From Catajapyx aquilonaris (Eukaryota), in the NCBI GenBank assembly GCA_000934665.2, contig JYFJ02001341.1, positions 1-64,000 on the forward strand: a stretch of 64,000 bases of DNA, in the 5' to 3' direction. Under the pieces are notes generated by a model. It was not told the origin of the DNA and did no database searches. It worked only from the letters and a program-made list of their open reading frames with translations. Made by a program: the position numbers and the translations under genes. Shown here piece by piece: positions 39,001-51,200 of the stretch (position 1 is its first letter; every line of letters starts with the position of its first letter).

Positions 39001-40430
39001 TGACGCGCACCACGGGGGGGTTTGCTCCCCCCCTCACCCTCTTTTCCATCAGGCGTCGGCGTCGCCAGTGCCTCTCCCTCCCCTCCCCTCCACTCCCCAT
39101 CTCCCTCGGCGTCGGGGCAGTCAGGCGGTCGCGTCGGGCAGACGGCGGACGCCGCGTCGGCCGCGTCGCCTGTCAGACCCTGCTGGCGCTCCGGAGGTGA
39201 TGGAGTGGAAGAGGGGCGGTGGAGGGGATGGGGGGAAAAAGGAGATGAGGGAATGGGAGGGAGGGGGCGATCTATCTGCGGGGGTGGAATGGATACACCC
39301 TCTTCCACCCCAAAGCCATTTACACTCATCAATGACAAAATGTGGTGTATGTGAGCAGCAAAGATCGAAAACGTGTGACGAATCACTATAATAGTGATTG
39401 GTCCAAATGGTGGCAAATTATAATTTGTTGGATTTGGTCGTGTTCATTTAGGCGGATTGATTTATTGCTTTCAGTCGTATTAAGGTGATAGGGGGGCTCC
39501 TGAGAAAGTCGTTTGGGTGCCTGGGTGTCTTTTCTCGGTTAATTATAAGTGACTAGGACTGTTAATTGCGGTGGGATTTGTCAGCCGTTTAGGAGATTGC
39601 GAACGGGATTTACTGCTTGAGAACGATGAGAGAGAAAAAAATGGTGTGTAGGTGTGTACACTCAAACTCTCATCAGATACCGGTCATGCCCAGGATCGTA
39701 CAGGGTGGTGCACTGCCCAATAATTACCTGTGTGCTGGAATGCGCAGCTTCTTACCCTAATTTGTCTCTGGAACTGTGGCTGACCAAAAAGGAATGGCGC
39801 AAATGGGTCTCCACGTAAGATGCGAAACCAATTTTCAGGAGTCGGTAGGCCTCTAATATCACTGGTGCTGACACCCCCTTATTTACGGTTATGGAAGCTT
39901 TTAAACCGACAACGGACGCTGAGGGCATAAAGTGGAAAAAAGTGTGGAAAAAGGCAGAGAGGCGAAGATAAGAGGGGGGGAATTGGACCCAACAAGGAGA
40001 CGGTGACCCCTAAAAAACTGGAGATGAAGGTGGGAGATTATATGAGGAGAGGATGGAAGGGATGAGACGACAACGGGATCCCAATTCCACTGTCCCTGAC
40101 CCTCTCTCGACAGAGTCGCAGCAAAACGGGGATCCTCCCCGTGCTTAAAATTCCGAAGGGGGATTCCTCCCATGTATGGACCGAGGTAGGCCACATGGCA
40201 GCGTACTCTCGGTGCGAACCGAAGATAATTCGATTACGGTGCCCACCCTGACCTTCTTCAAGCAAGGGCGACCTCCGGGTAATTAACCCGAGCCTTACCG
40301 CGTGGCAAATTGAAATGTGCTTGTGCAAAGCAGGATTTTTGTTACGCTGCGATGCGTTTGAAAGAGGAAGAATGTACGACAAAATGTGGGTATTTTGTCA
40401 AGTTTTCAAATGATGTCACCATGTGAGTAC

Positions 40431-40482
40431 ACTGGTGGCGCCATGAGACGAACGAATTTGTTGCCGCCATGGCGCCACCAGT
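40431..40482. repeat. Perfect 15-bp inverted repeat containing TGGCGCCA in each arm
   Basis: ACTGGTGGCGCCATG (40431-45) / CATGGCGCCACCAGT (40468-82). Confidence 0.9.
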
Positions 40483-42151
40483 ACGACACCAAAAATTCAC
40501 ACACTTGGCAGCCTACTTGGTCGTACTTAAGCAGACTTAACTAGGTTAGTGTGATTCCAAATCGGGTCTTCTTTTTATGGGAAGGTTGCGTTGACAGTTT
40601 ATTTATACTCAGCATTATGATGCTAAGAGTGTTGTTTTAAAGGGACAAAAAGGGAATGTCCAAGCACTTTTCGTCTCCCTTTTAGGTCTCCCATCCTTTG
40701 GAATGTTGCAAAGGGGGCTCCAAACCGGTTGGAAGATTTTTTTTTTCGGTATTTTATCGGGGCGCGACAGAGAACGGACATTAGTGGGGAAATAGCATTC
40801 CCTTGTTGGGAGCCAAATGATCGAGGAATCTCGGCTAATAGGCACTGGAAAAGATGGTGCTGTGTTTGGCTCCCCTGCCCTTCTTCTTCCTCCCCTTCCA
40901 CACTCGGATGCTAGGGGTTGGTTCTTGGAACTAGAGTGTTCTGGGATGGTGAATCAATGGAAAAACCTAACTCACACGTGTATAAGTAAAAATAGCTAGA
41001 TTATATATAGTGTGCGGACAAATATGCATAGTTGTTCACTGTTATAAAATACAGATTTCTGCAATCAGACAGCAGGACATGTAATGGAGATGAAACAACA
41101 AGTGGTTTAATTTTTGCGAAATGTTCAAGTTCTGTAATTCATGCGGATTTGTGCATTGTTGCGAGAAGTTACGTTCGGTAAGGGTTGGTAAACACCTGTA
41201 GTAAAGTTATCAGCCTGTAAGAAGGTAATTACAATTTACAAGGCAATAAAATTGTACTTGCTCTGTTGCACATCCTATGTACAGTGCACATGGATGGACG
41301 ACCAGCAGCGAAGCATTATTTTGCTGTGGAGATGATACAAGTTGAAGACTCTCATACCACGCATTTGATATTCATGTACGGTACAAGCGTAGCGAAGTAA
41401 AAACGTATGTTGGGGTACTCCATGCATTAATTTATTAAGCGTGACATGCACATTAAATCCGCATTTTATGCAAAGTTTGCGACAGAATTATGTAAGTTAC
41501 CACATACTAATGGTGTATGTCACACGTTATGGATAATAAAATCTGACGGAAGAACCGAAGTTATGGTCTGTGTGATATTGGTGAAATGCAGTGCACACTC
41601 GAGAAATAATAAAGTAAATAAATGCTTTTATAAGCATTTATTTACTTTATCTTGGACCACTATTTAGCACAAATTGACTGATGTAGTACGTGGCGTTTTA
41701 CATTGATGAAACCGGCCCTGCTTTTTTGTTAAAAAAACCTGGCTCAAATTTTCTGCGTTCTTCACCATGCGTTCCTTGAACTCGGTTTCTGCAAAACTTC
41801 GCAAATGTCTGAAATTATGGCCTCCGAAATTCAAGCCAGACGTGTCCGAAGTTCAACGTCGCCTAGTCTCTCTCTTTCTTTTCCAGCTATCAGAAGGCTT
41901 GCAATTCGAGTCTGGCCAGTACTACTTATACTACCGGTCTGCGGCCAAAATGCTACATGTGTATGGCCTGAGCACGATTACACCACGGCCTTGAGAAGGA
42001 CAGCATACCTATACCGGTGCAAGATAAAACCAAACCTGAAAATGTGCTTCGAGGGTAAGGGTATAACCGTGGGTACTTTCACCGTACACCGTGTTTCGGG
42101 TAACCTCTGAGGACATTACTCACAGTGGAGAGAGGCTTTAGAGGATTTTAT

Positions 42152-42260
42152 TTACACACTCGGTACATACACGCTGGGCTTGACTTGTTCCGATGACTCT
42201 TCGCTGCTTTCCACTCGGATTTCGGGGGCTCTGCTGTAGCCCTGTGCACCGGCAGAGAAC
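42152..42260 (-). CDS. BAMBI: BAMBI-like exon 5: short cytoplasmic tail (FSAGAQGYSRAPEIRVESSEESSEQVKPSVYVPSV*)
   Basis: Acceptor tattctacgcag, phase 2 fits; TAA at 42154-42152; downstream AATAAA on the minus strand at 41642-41637. Confidence 0.72.
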
Positions 42261-45200
42261 CTGCGTAGAATATAATAGATGTCCTATATGTATGGGGAAA
42301 TATTGACTGTGCAGGATAGTACCTCTGTCGTCGTAATATGTAAGTGCCTGTAGTACCGATGACCACTAGTAGACATAGACCAACCACAAGCACAGTCATC
42401 ACTGCGATGTGCATTGGTGATGGTGACGACGATGTAGTGCTTGTCTTTGATGCCTTCTGCTTGATGGCCAGAAGGTTCAGGATGTCATCCCGCAGTATCG
42501 TCATTGATTCCACACTATGGTTGTCTGCATTGCAATAACCATCGGTGTCATTTACATATTAGTTGACCTTCAGGCACTTCCGGCACGCAAAATTTGCTAA
42601 ATTGCTTGGTGGCAGCACCCAAAGGGGCGATACACATGAAGGCTAAATGTGTCTCTTTCTATGGCCGTACCAGGCACTGATCGATGCATCATATCTGACC
42701 AAGTGACAGTCTGACACTTTGAAAAAAGAAACCTGTACAACTAGCATCATATACCTTTCTTCTTGAGGCCAATGTCTAATGGCCTGGGAGGACTAGTGGG
42801 CAGAGGGGCACCTTCCTTGTTGCACATACTGGAGTTGCAGCAGAGCAGGTACGGCCATCGGGCGTGGTCCACCGCTGGCAGGCGGTTCTCACACAACAAC
42901 GGCGTCCTTTGCCTATCATTTTGGAAAGAAGATGAATACCAAAAAGTCATGATCACCCCAATAAGGTAACTCACGTGACGCAACCTCTGGTAACCGAATT
43001 TGATCCATCTCCCTTGTTGAGGAACTGGGTGTAGCACAATGTAGGGGTGGTGCAGGTGCCGACATCTTCAGATTGGCAGTCGGATGTGGTGCACACGCAG
43101 GTAATTAGCTGGCCCTCTGCATCATGCCAAGACATTAAAAAAGAAGGGTTCAAAATGGGGAGGTGGTCCTGTAATCACCAGTTCAGGTCATATATGGAAT
43201 GTGGCGGAATGAGAGGCGCCAGGTTTGATTCGACTTGCATGTTGATTCCAACAACCCGGGCTTATTTGTTTCATTTGTCAAACTCTCTCCCATAGAAGGA
43301 TCCAGGCGGGCGTCGCTCGGGGTTTGCTGGCCATGGACGTTGACAAATTGAATTAAATGAGAGTGGGCATAATAGCCTCGTGCAGCTTTTCATCTCCAAA
43401 TATTGGTATCGCAGCGCCCCCATTCCCAGCCATCAGACATGTACACACGGAGAGACGTCGTCGGGGAACAAACATGGCCCGGGCAGACCTGGCGCCTCAG
43501 ACCCTGTTTAGGGGGTCCTTTTCGGCCTCTTGCATGGGAAGTAGACATGTGGGATGTGTACACAAATAGTTCAAGTTATCGGCAGGCTCCAGGCGTCCAT
43601 TAGTGGCACCGGAGGAAGAGAGGGGGGCGGTGGGGGTGGGAAGGAAGGAAACAGTGTTTCTGGAGCTTTTCAGAAACGGGGAAGATTACGGGGGATGAGT
43701 CGCCAGATTGATGTGTTGGGCTGGGGAGACACACTGTATGTGTATGGAGGGTTGGAAATTGATAAGCGACGATGTCGCCTTCCTGCCCAGAGAGCGCTAA
43801 GTAACTCGAGAGACACCAAGAATTCAGGGCTGAGTGGAGAGTCACGTTTTATAGGGCGTGGCGATATACGAGATGGTTAAAAAGTAATTAACCAATTGCC
43901 TGATGTCCTATTGTAGGACACTTGTATAGTTGTTGGGGTTTTAGTCATTTTTAGGAGCGCAATCGAGACAGTTCGCGCAAATTGTTTCCAACACTACGCT
44001 TGAGTGGGTAACAATATGGCCGACTTTTACGACTTTGCCAAGGCTCTGGAACGAACCGGTGTGAATTTTGCCCCTGAGAAGTAACTGTGGTAACGTTGGT
44101 GGTAACGTTCGTAAAAAAATACTCATATAGATCTTCATTCCTCATGAAAAGAAAAATGTTTAAGAAATTTCACAAAAAAAATTTACTCGTGCATTACCAA
44201 TGAATTAATTAGTGTCTCTACTGTCAGCCAGTGATTTACGACAATTACGGTACTAGTTGACACCCATAGCTTTGCTCACATCTGACAAGCAGAACACGCC
44301 CGTCATATCCTGAAACAGTGAGTGACAATCGGAAGGACTACGACCTGGAGAGGTCAAACTCCCTGCGAGGTCACACGACTTCTTGGTATAGGGGGATGAA
44401 TGGGAAGAAGCAGCACTTCCTGCCCGAATCTCAGCTGCTCTTTCTTGTCGTATGGCTAGCCGGTAACAGTGTTTGACGTGGCGAGCTGGCAGAGCAGGGG
44501 GTTTGGCGCCAGCAGAAGCGATTTTGGGGTGTGGGTGGGTGATGGGTTGTAGGGGGGAGAGGCCGAAGAATGGCTGCCATCAAGTTAGTGTCGGCGGGGC
44601 GTCGTCGCAGAGTAGGCAAAACAGACGCCCCGGATAAGGGGGGAANGACACAAAAAGAGGTTCCATCCATCTATATCCAACCCCCCCAAGCTCCTAATGG
44701 TTTGATTTGTGGAAAAGGGAGATTGCTTTCGGGGGCCTCCATCCAGCCACCAGATACTTGCTGGATGCGGCGGCTGCTGTTTGCTTCGATGACTTCTAGG
44801 AGCCACCAGCTGATGCCGGATATGGACGATTCTCTCCAAGGAAGGGTGGGACTATCATGGAGAGTTATGCGACGGATATGAAAATTCGGCAGGGGTTAAG
44901 AAAAATGGGGGTGTTTTTGCGAAAAATCGTTCGTCTGAAGTGACATTGGATGCTGGTATCCGAGTGGTTGGACATAGTCAAAGTGACAGGGGGTGCTGGT
45001 GGATTTATTTAGGAACCATGAAGGGATATGGCTGTTCGTGTAATCAGTTCAGAAAAAATGCTACTTATAATGGTGTAAATAATTTGCAGTGGATTCACTT
45101 CTACGCCAACAATATATAAACTAGGATTATTAGGAAAAACGAGTGTGTAGCCCACATTATTTTATGCATATAATTTTAAAATATACAGTATATTTTGCTA

Positions 45201-48200
45201 TGGATGTTCATATTTCCCCTCTTAAACTGGGGGTATGAGCAGTGCACTACATTTTGTAGTGAGCTATAATGCAACAGTACAGTCTTGTCGACTTTTTTCC
45301 GCAGTTAGGACAAAAACATTGTCATGGAGACATGGAAGGGTGTATCGCTACTTAGGAAGAGAAATTCAGTGTTAGACATGACTCGTACACAGGGCATGAT
45401 AAATTATAATAGGCCAGTTGGAAGAACGACTAATTCTCTAAAATGGACTACCCTTCAATTAGTATAGCTGCAACAGTTGTTTCAGCTAATTACATACGAG
45501 TCAACCCTGACATTTGTTCTTGTTCTGTCCTCCAAGAATTATACAGTGTCCTTTTCCTTTGTGCATTTTTTTTACCAGTGATATAGAGCTCCAAAGGCAG
45601 TTTCGTCTTATAATTAATGTCTTAATGAAAACCCTAATTAAGAAACCCGTCGCGTGATTCCAAACACCTGTAAAATCTGAAACATTTCCGTGTCATCTTT
45701 CAAAATTCCTCAGCTGGAGTCTGGACAGAACCTCCTTGTTTTGTGAAAACAAGAGCTGCTCTAGCCACTTTGCGAGCGCGGTTTTGTTCATAAAATATTG
45801 TCCTTTGATGCCGTTCAACAGGTTTTATTCTTTTATTCAAGAAGCACCAATCAGCAAGAAATAATACCATGCAAGACTCGCGTTTTTTTATACATCGATT
45901 TTTTTTTTCTCCCCTAGGTTAAGATACAATGAATGTGAGTGGAATGGTGGTCCCAGCACATTTTCCAGTGGGAAGGGTGTGTGGCACACTATTTCAAAGC
46001 CGGACAGGTGAGACCCGAGCAAACGGCCGCCCTGTTAGACTGGACACTTTATACGGTACAACAAAGGACATTCCCGCCATAATCCCACTTCATGATTAGC
46101 AGTTTAGTTTGCAGGATTGAGGTGGAGAAAAAGTTGCGTGCCTAATGAGTCAGTCGACCGACGTAAATTCGTCGTATATTCCAGATGGTAATGAGACTGG
46201 GCGAGAGAGAGAGAGAGAGAAGGTGCGTGGGCAGCAGTGGAAAAAAAAGTGTTGTACGCTACACCCTCAGGTCTTGACCTAAGCTTTCGGTGGTGTCACT
46301 AGTGACAAATCAAAGGCGGTTAAGTTATGCGGCTAGAAGTTTGCACAATTTGCATGTTAGCAAACACGGTCTGCAATAGATTGTTTTACTTAGAATATGA
46401 ATTGCTGGCTTATTATGAATATTTAGGACATCACCACACAATGTAATATTAATGTACCGAGTCATGTACCGACTTGGTGGTATTATTTTCTGATCAACAA
46501 ATACCGACTTCGAGTCAGTACTTTAGACGGTATTGGAAGTCGGTACGTTATGAGGTACCATTTCAAGACAGTACATCTGAACTATTGGGTGTCTCTACAA
46601 GTCGGTATATTTGTTGACCAGCTCCAGAATCAGTACATGAATTGGACAGTGTTAGGCAATAATGAGTCAACCCACATAAGAAGACCTGTCACACCTGTCA
46701 TGATTCAGTGTCCATTTCGGTCATTTGTGGCAGAAATATGCAGATATCGCCAGATTGATTTTAACCTAATGAAGTACGATCCTTTGGGTATATGTTCCTG
46801 GGATTAACTCAATGTTCACAATTTTGTGGGTTGACACATTATTGCATAACATCGTCAAATTAAAGTGCAGGGGTAGAGCGGAAAAAATATGAAAAATATG
46901 TAGCAGAAAGGTTTAAAAAATGTGAACATTATGCAAGATTGCGATATAGTTTTCTGGCTGTGATTCCGGTCTGGTGAACTTGAGTTGAAACCAGTGGTTG
47001 GCGGCATCAATTTGTGATTGCTACACAGTCTGGACCGGCCATTAGACCCAATACTTATGGGTTCCGATATTTTATACTGTACAGCCTCTCGTTTTCTGTT
47101 AGGTTGCTCTTACATTAATGCCCCCTGTATTTTATGGCATTTCCAGGCGATATGCGGTATAAATCGGGGCGATCAATTGTGGGGGGCTAGAGTTCAAAGT
47201 TTTAGCCGGACTTTGAGTAAAAAAAAAGGAAGAAGAGGAAAAGATGAATGCCTGACAAGCGATGAAAAGGGTCTCCCGCAAACCGTTTAGGTCCCCATTC
47301 TTTTTTCCTTGCATTGAAAAATGCACCAAACTACTGGCGTCGGGCATCTTTCCGCCGGCAGACGACTGTCGTCTGTCACCGCACAGGGGGAATTATGGGC
47401 CGTACTTAATGCCCACCGTTTTTACCCTCCTGGACCAATAAAAAATCTAAGCACCCACATAAACCATCCCACGACTAATAATATTTTGATTTTTTTTCCC
47501 CTCAGGTCCTGTGTACGGTTGCCCTACTGCCAGTTTCTGAGTTTGATCTAAAAGGACAACCTTATTTGCTTTACGATCAGAAGTTTGAAACTTTGTGCGA
47601 TTTGTGGACCTGCCATGCTGTTTAACTGTTCAATCTGGTGCCAGGCGCACAAAAAAAAAAAGTGGCCATGAGTAATATGATTACCATCGATTAATTATTA
47701 ACGTTACAAAGAGCGGGCGATAAAATCTTATGAGGTTTTGCCAATTAGTGAAACTGGACTGTATGACGTCTGAATTTACAAAACAAAAAAATAATATACC
47801 TCCCATGCATGTGGGATTGCGTTACTCGAAAAGACAGGAAAATTGAAGTAAATTGTTTATCATGATTCTGCCTGAGAGGTAATACGACCCTGCGAGGTGT
47901 TTGCATGTCTCTATTCGTTTTTAATGAAGGATTACGTTGTGATGGGCGAAGCTCTGGCCCTTCCCTTAATTTATTCGTGTGTGTCACATAGGCTCATCTT
48001 GTACACGCAAAAAAACAAGGCAAGATTATTCAGTTTGATACTACGAAGTAACGTAATATATGCGTGAGTCGAAGGCATACATGGAAAGGCTGTCAACAAA
48101 GTGACATATCCTTGTTCCTATTTATCCGGTGGCGCACGGAAGCTAATATTAAACGCTATCCGTAGGCTACTTGGCATGCACGATTGAGCCGTCACTTTTT

Positions 48201-51200
48201 TCCTTCTTGCGGACTTTTCACCTGTAGTGTTGAGTAAATGTCAGGCACAATAAGATTATACAGTGATCGTATATTTATTTAATTTTAAAATATTTTACGG
48301 GTGTCAGCTGCTGCATAGCATATCTAAGGGCGAACCGTGGTTTACACTGAGGTCACTGGCATTTTTACAGCTGGTCAGGCACATAAGTCACATCCATTGG
48401 GACCGATCATTACTCCAATTGGGTGTAACGTGGAAAGGCGGGGTCATGAGTGGCCCAGGTAGCCTCAGCACGAGAGAAGCGGTAGGAGATGAACTCGTCT
48501 CGACCACAATCTCAAAATATAGGTAGGAGATTTATGGTACTCACGAGGTCACAGGACGCGGTTACAACTTTAGCGTCACGCTCTCAGTTGGCTTCCTGAA
48601 GGGTAAATAAATAATGCCCCGTTCAAAATGGTTCACGAGAGAATGTGAGGAGTCATGAAGGCAAGTGGCAGGGTCTATTGAACAGCCCGGGTAACAACTC
48701 AATACGTGACCTTGCAAGGTCAGTGTTTAATGGCCATTTGCGGTTTTTTAAGTGGTAAAATATCCACATCTCTGCTTAAACTCAGTCTTTGTCTTGTTGC
48801 AGCAGCATTCTTGGCTCATGATCCAGCCTCTCCAGAAGGACCACTCAAAAGAGATTCATTTCCAAGCTCATTAATAAAAAAAAGAGAGAAGACGGCACAA
48901 GGATTTCCTTTGATGGGGAGACCTCAGCTTCCAGCCAAAGGGTCATTAAAATTGGTCCGTGAGGTTTTGAAGTGGCGATGGATGCTGCCGAGGCTTTCAG
49001 AGTTGATAGATTTGCTCCAACAGACTCTTTTGGAGGACATTTTTTGGTGGGGGAGGACCATTGCGACACATTGGCTGAAATGTGTCACTTTTAGGAAGAA
49101 AATTTTTCCCTAATCTACGTAGGAGTCCAATCTTGAAAAGTGACAATTCTCTTTGAAAATTTCTCATGTTGCTCATACTTGTTATGATATATGAAATTCT
49201 ACGTCGCTCATAATATTTTAGTGTAATAACACATTGTCGATAGAAAGTTCTGTGTTCTACACATGTGAAAAACTGACCTTCGCTAATTTTTCCTTGATTT
49301 AAATACAAGTTCCCTAGCCACCTTTTTGTCAGCAGCAAGGTCCACTTGTGGTTTATCAGTGTGTCAAAATGTGGGAGGAATTTAAGGGGTCACTGTTGAG
49401 AGGCTGCTGGGATCTGGATTTATTCAGTGGGTGAAGTGGTCGCTGTAGATGCCTTTCTTTGTTGGAAGACGTAAGGCTTTTCCCCCTAGTGACGGCCCAC
49501 ATATTTCATTAGCAAAGTTGGGCCAAGCAAAGGGTGTCCCCATATTTCATCCTGATTCTGACACCTACTCCTAAAGTTTGGAATTCGTCAGCTGTCAGTA
49601 GGGAAAGAAAATGTGGAAAAAATAGTCCAAGGGGCTGAAAGAAATATGCGGTGTATCGATATATCGACGTATCAAGCATGCGATATTTAGAATATTTTGT
49701 ATGTTTTACAAGTACTTTTGGACTTTCTTATGGACATGCTGTACAGGGCAACAACCCTGGAGACGGTAAGGCATGTCGGTAGGCGAACACGAAGGCAGTC
49801 GCCAGCACGTAAGCTACTGCCGACCCCCCGACAAAACGAATGCAAATGAGCATTATTTTATATCCCGCACCGTGCGCGAACATGCCCTGGCGAATGCCCC
49901 TTACCATGCTCAAAAGGCCCATTCTCTCTGCCCTGGGTACATCTCCATCATTGTTAAGTGTCAAGTGGCTCCACTGGAGATCTGTGGGCCGCATGACTAT
50001 TTCTCAAGATTCACTGCCCTGTTGCTCTATGTGTGGAAGTGCCACGGAAGGTAATGAGAGGTCGGGGGGGTAACCCCTTAGAAGCCTCATTCAGACTGAA
50101 TAACGTTGAGGTGGAGCGACATGTTGAGTGGACACTTCTTTTTTTGGAGAAGGATCGAGACAAGCTTTACGAGGCGTATGCAGCCCACACAGGGATTCAA
50201 GTGGGGCTATTGAAGGAAACGAGAGCTGCCTGAGTGCTTCTACAGGAAATGTCAGTGTGTAATACTATGGGCGATTTAGCTAGAAATCACATCAGGCGTG
50301 AGTTTGATCCTACATGCGTTGAGTCATCACCAATGTGCATGTAGTTACCACAGTTACCGCGTGGAGTGGGAGTAGTGTGCGCGCCATCTGGTTGCGGCAT
50401 ATCATACTACGCCCAAATATTTGGGATAAACAGGACGAATTTGGTTTATTTTGTGTAGTGACCGTCAGGCTGGTTAATTTCAGATTGATGACGAGCATAA
50501 GTCACGCCTACGCAATGCATATTTCCCCTGCACGCCATCGATTGTTATCGAGCCACACCGAGTAGAGGAGTGAATAATCATCTGGGCTGTATTTTACCGT
50601 CGCTATTCCCGCTCTCGCTTTGTCTGCGATGCCAAAATGCGACTTTCAAGTCTTTAGTCAACCAGGCGACGGCAGCGCCCACTCTTATATACCCAACTCC
50701 AGGCCGCCATCTCCTTTCGAGGCTATCAGTTGACAGCGCCAAATTACCGTTTTCCGAATGTAAATTAGCAACCGATTGTTCTCGAGCCGCCTTTCCACAT
50801 CGCGTTATATGAAAAGTGTCGAAAGGGGCATGATAGAATATGAGCTCACGCCCTGGCAACACTGGCGCCGAACCGTGCAATGGGGCGACAGTGGGCCTCC
50901 TTTGTGATTTTAATTATTTACGGTGATGATGCATTTTTAGTGGGGGGGGGGGACCTCCAATCATGTGGACCTTGAGCGGTTTTGTAAGGTCAGGCCACAA
51001 AGAGGCATGAACATGCTGCACTTTTTATATTAAAAACGAGGTCTCATTAGGATTAATAACTGTTGGTTTAGCAACTCACATATTTCGATTGGTCTAAAAT
51101 TCAGGTGTGGTCCTAAAGGTGGTATCCCTGAGGATTCTTCACCATTGTATATCGCATCTTTGGATCTGGATTAATGGACTTTCCTTGTTGACCCAATGGG

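Noticed and set aside
38765..39416. Overlapping Pro/Gly/Arg-rich ORFs
   Set aside because: Arise from GC-rich low-complexity tracts lacking stop codons; no splice or domain support.
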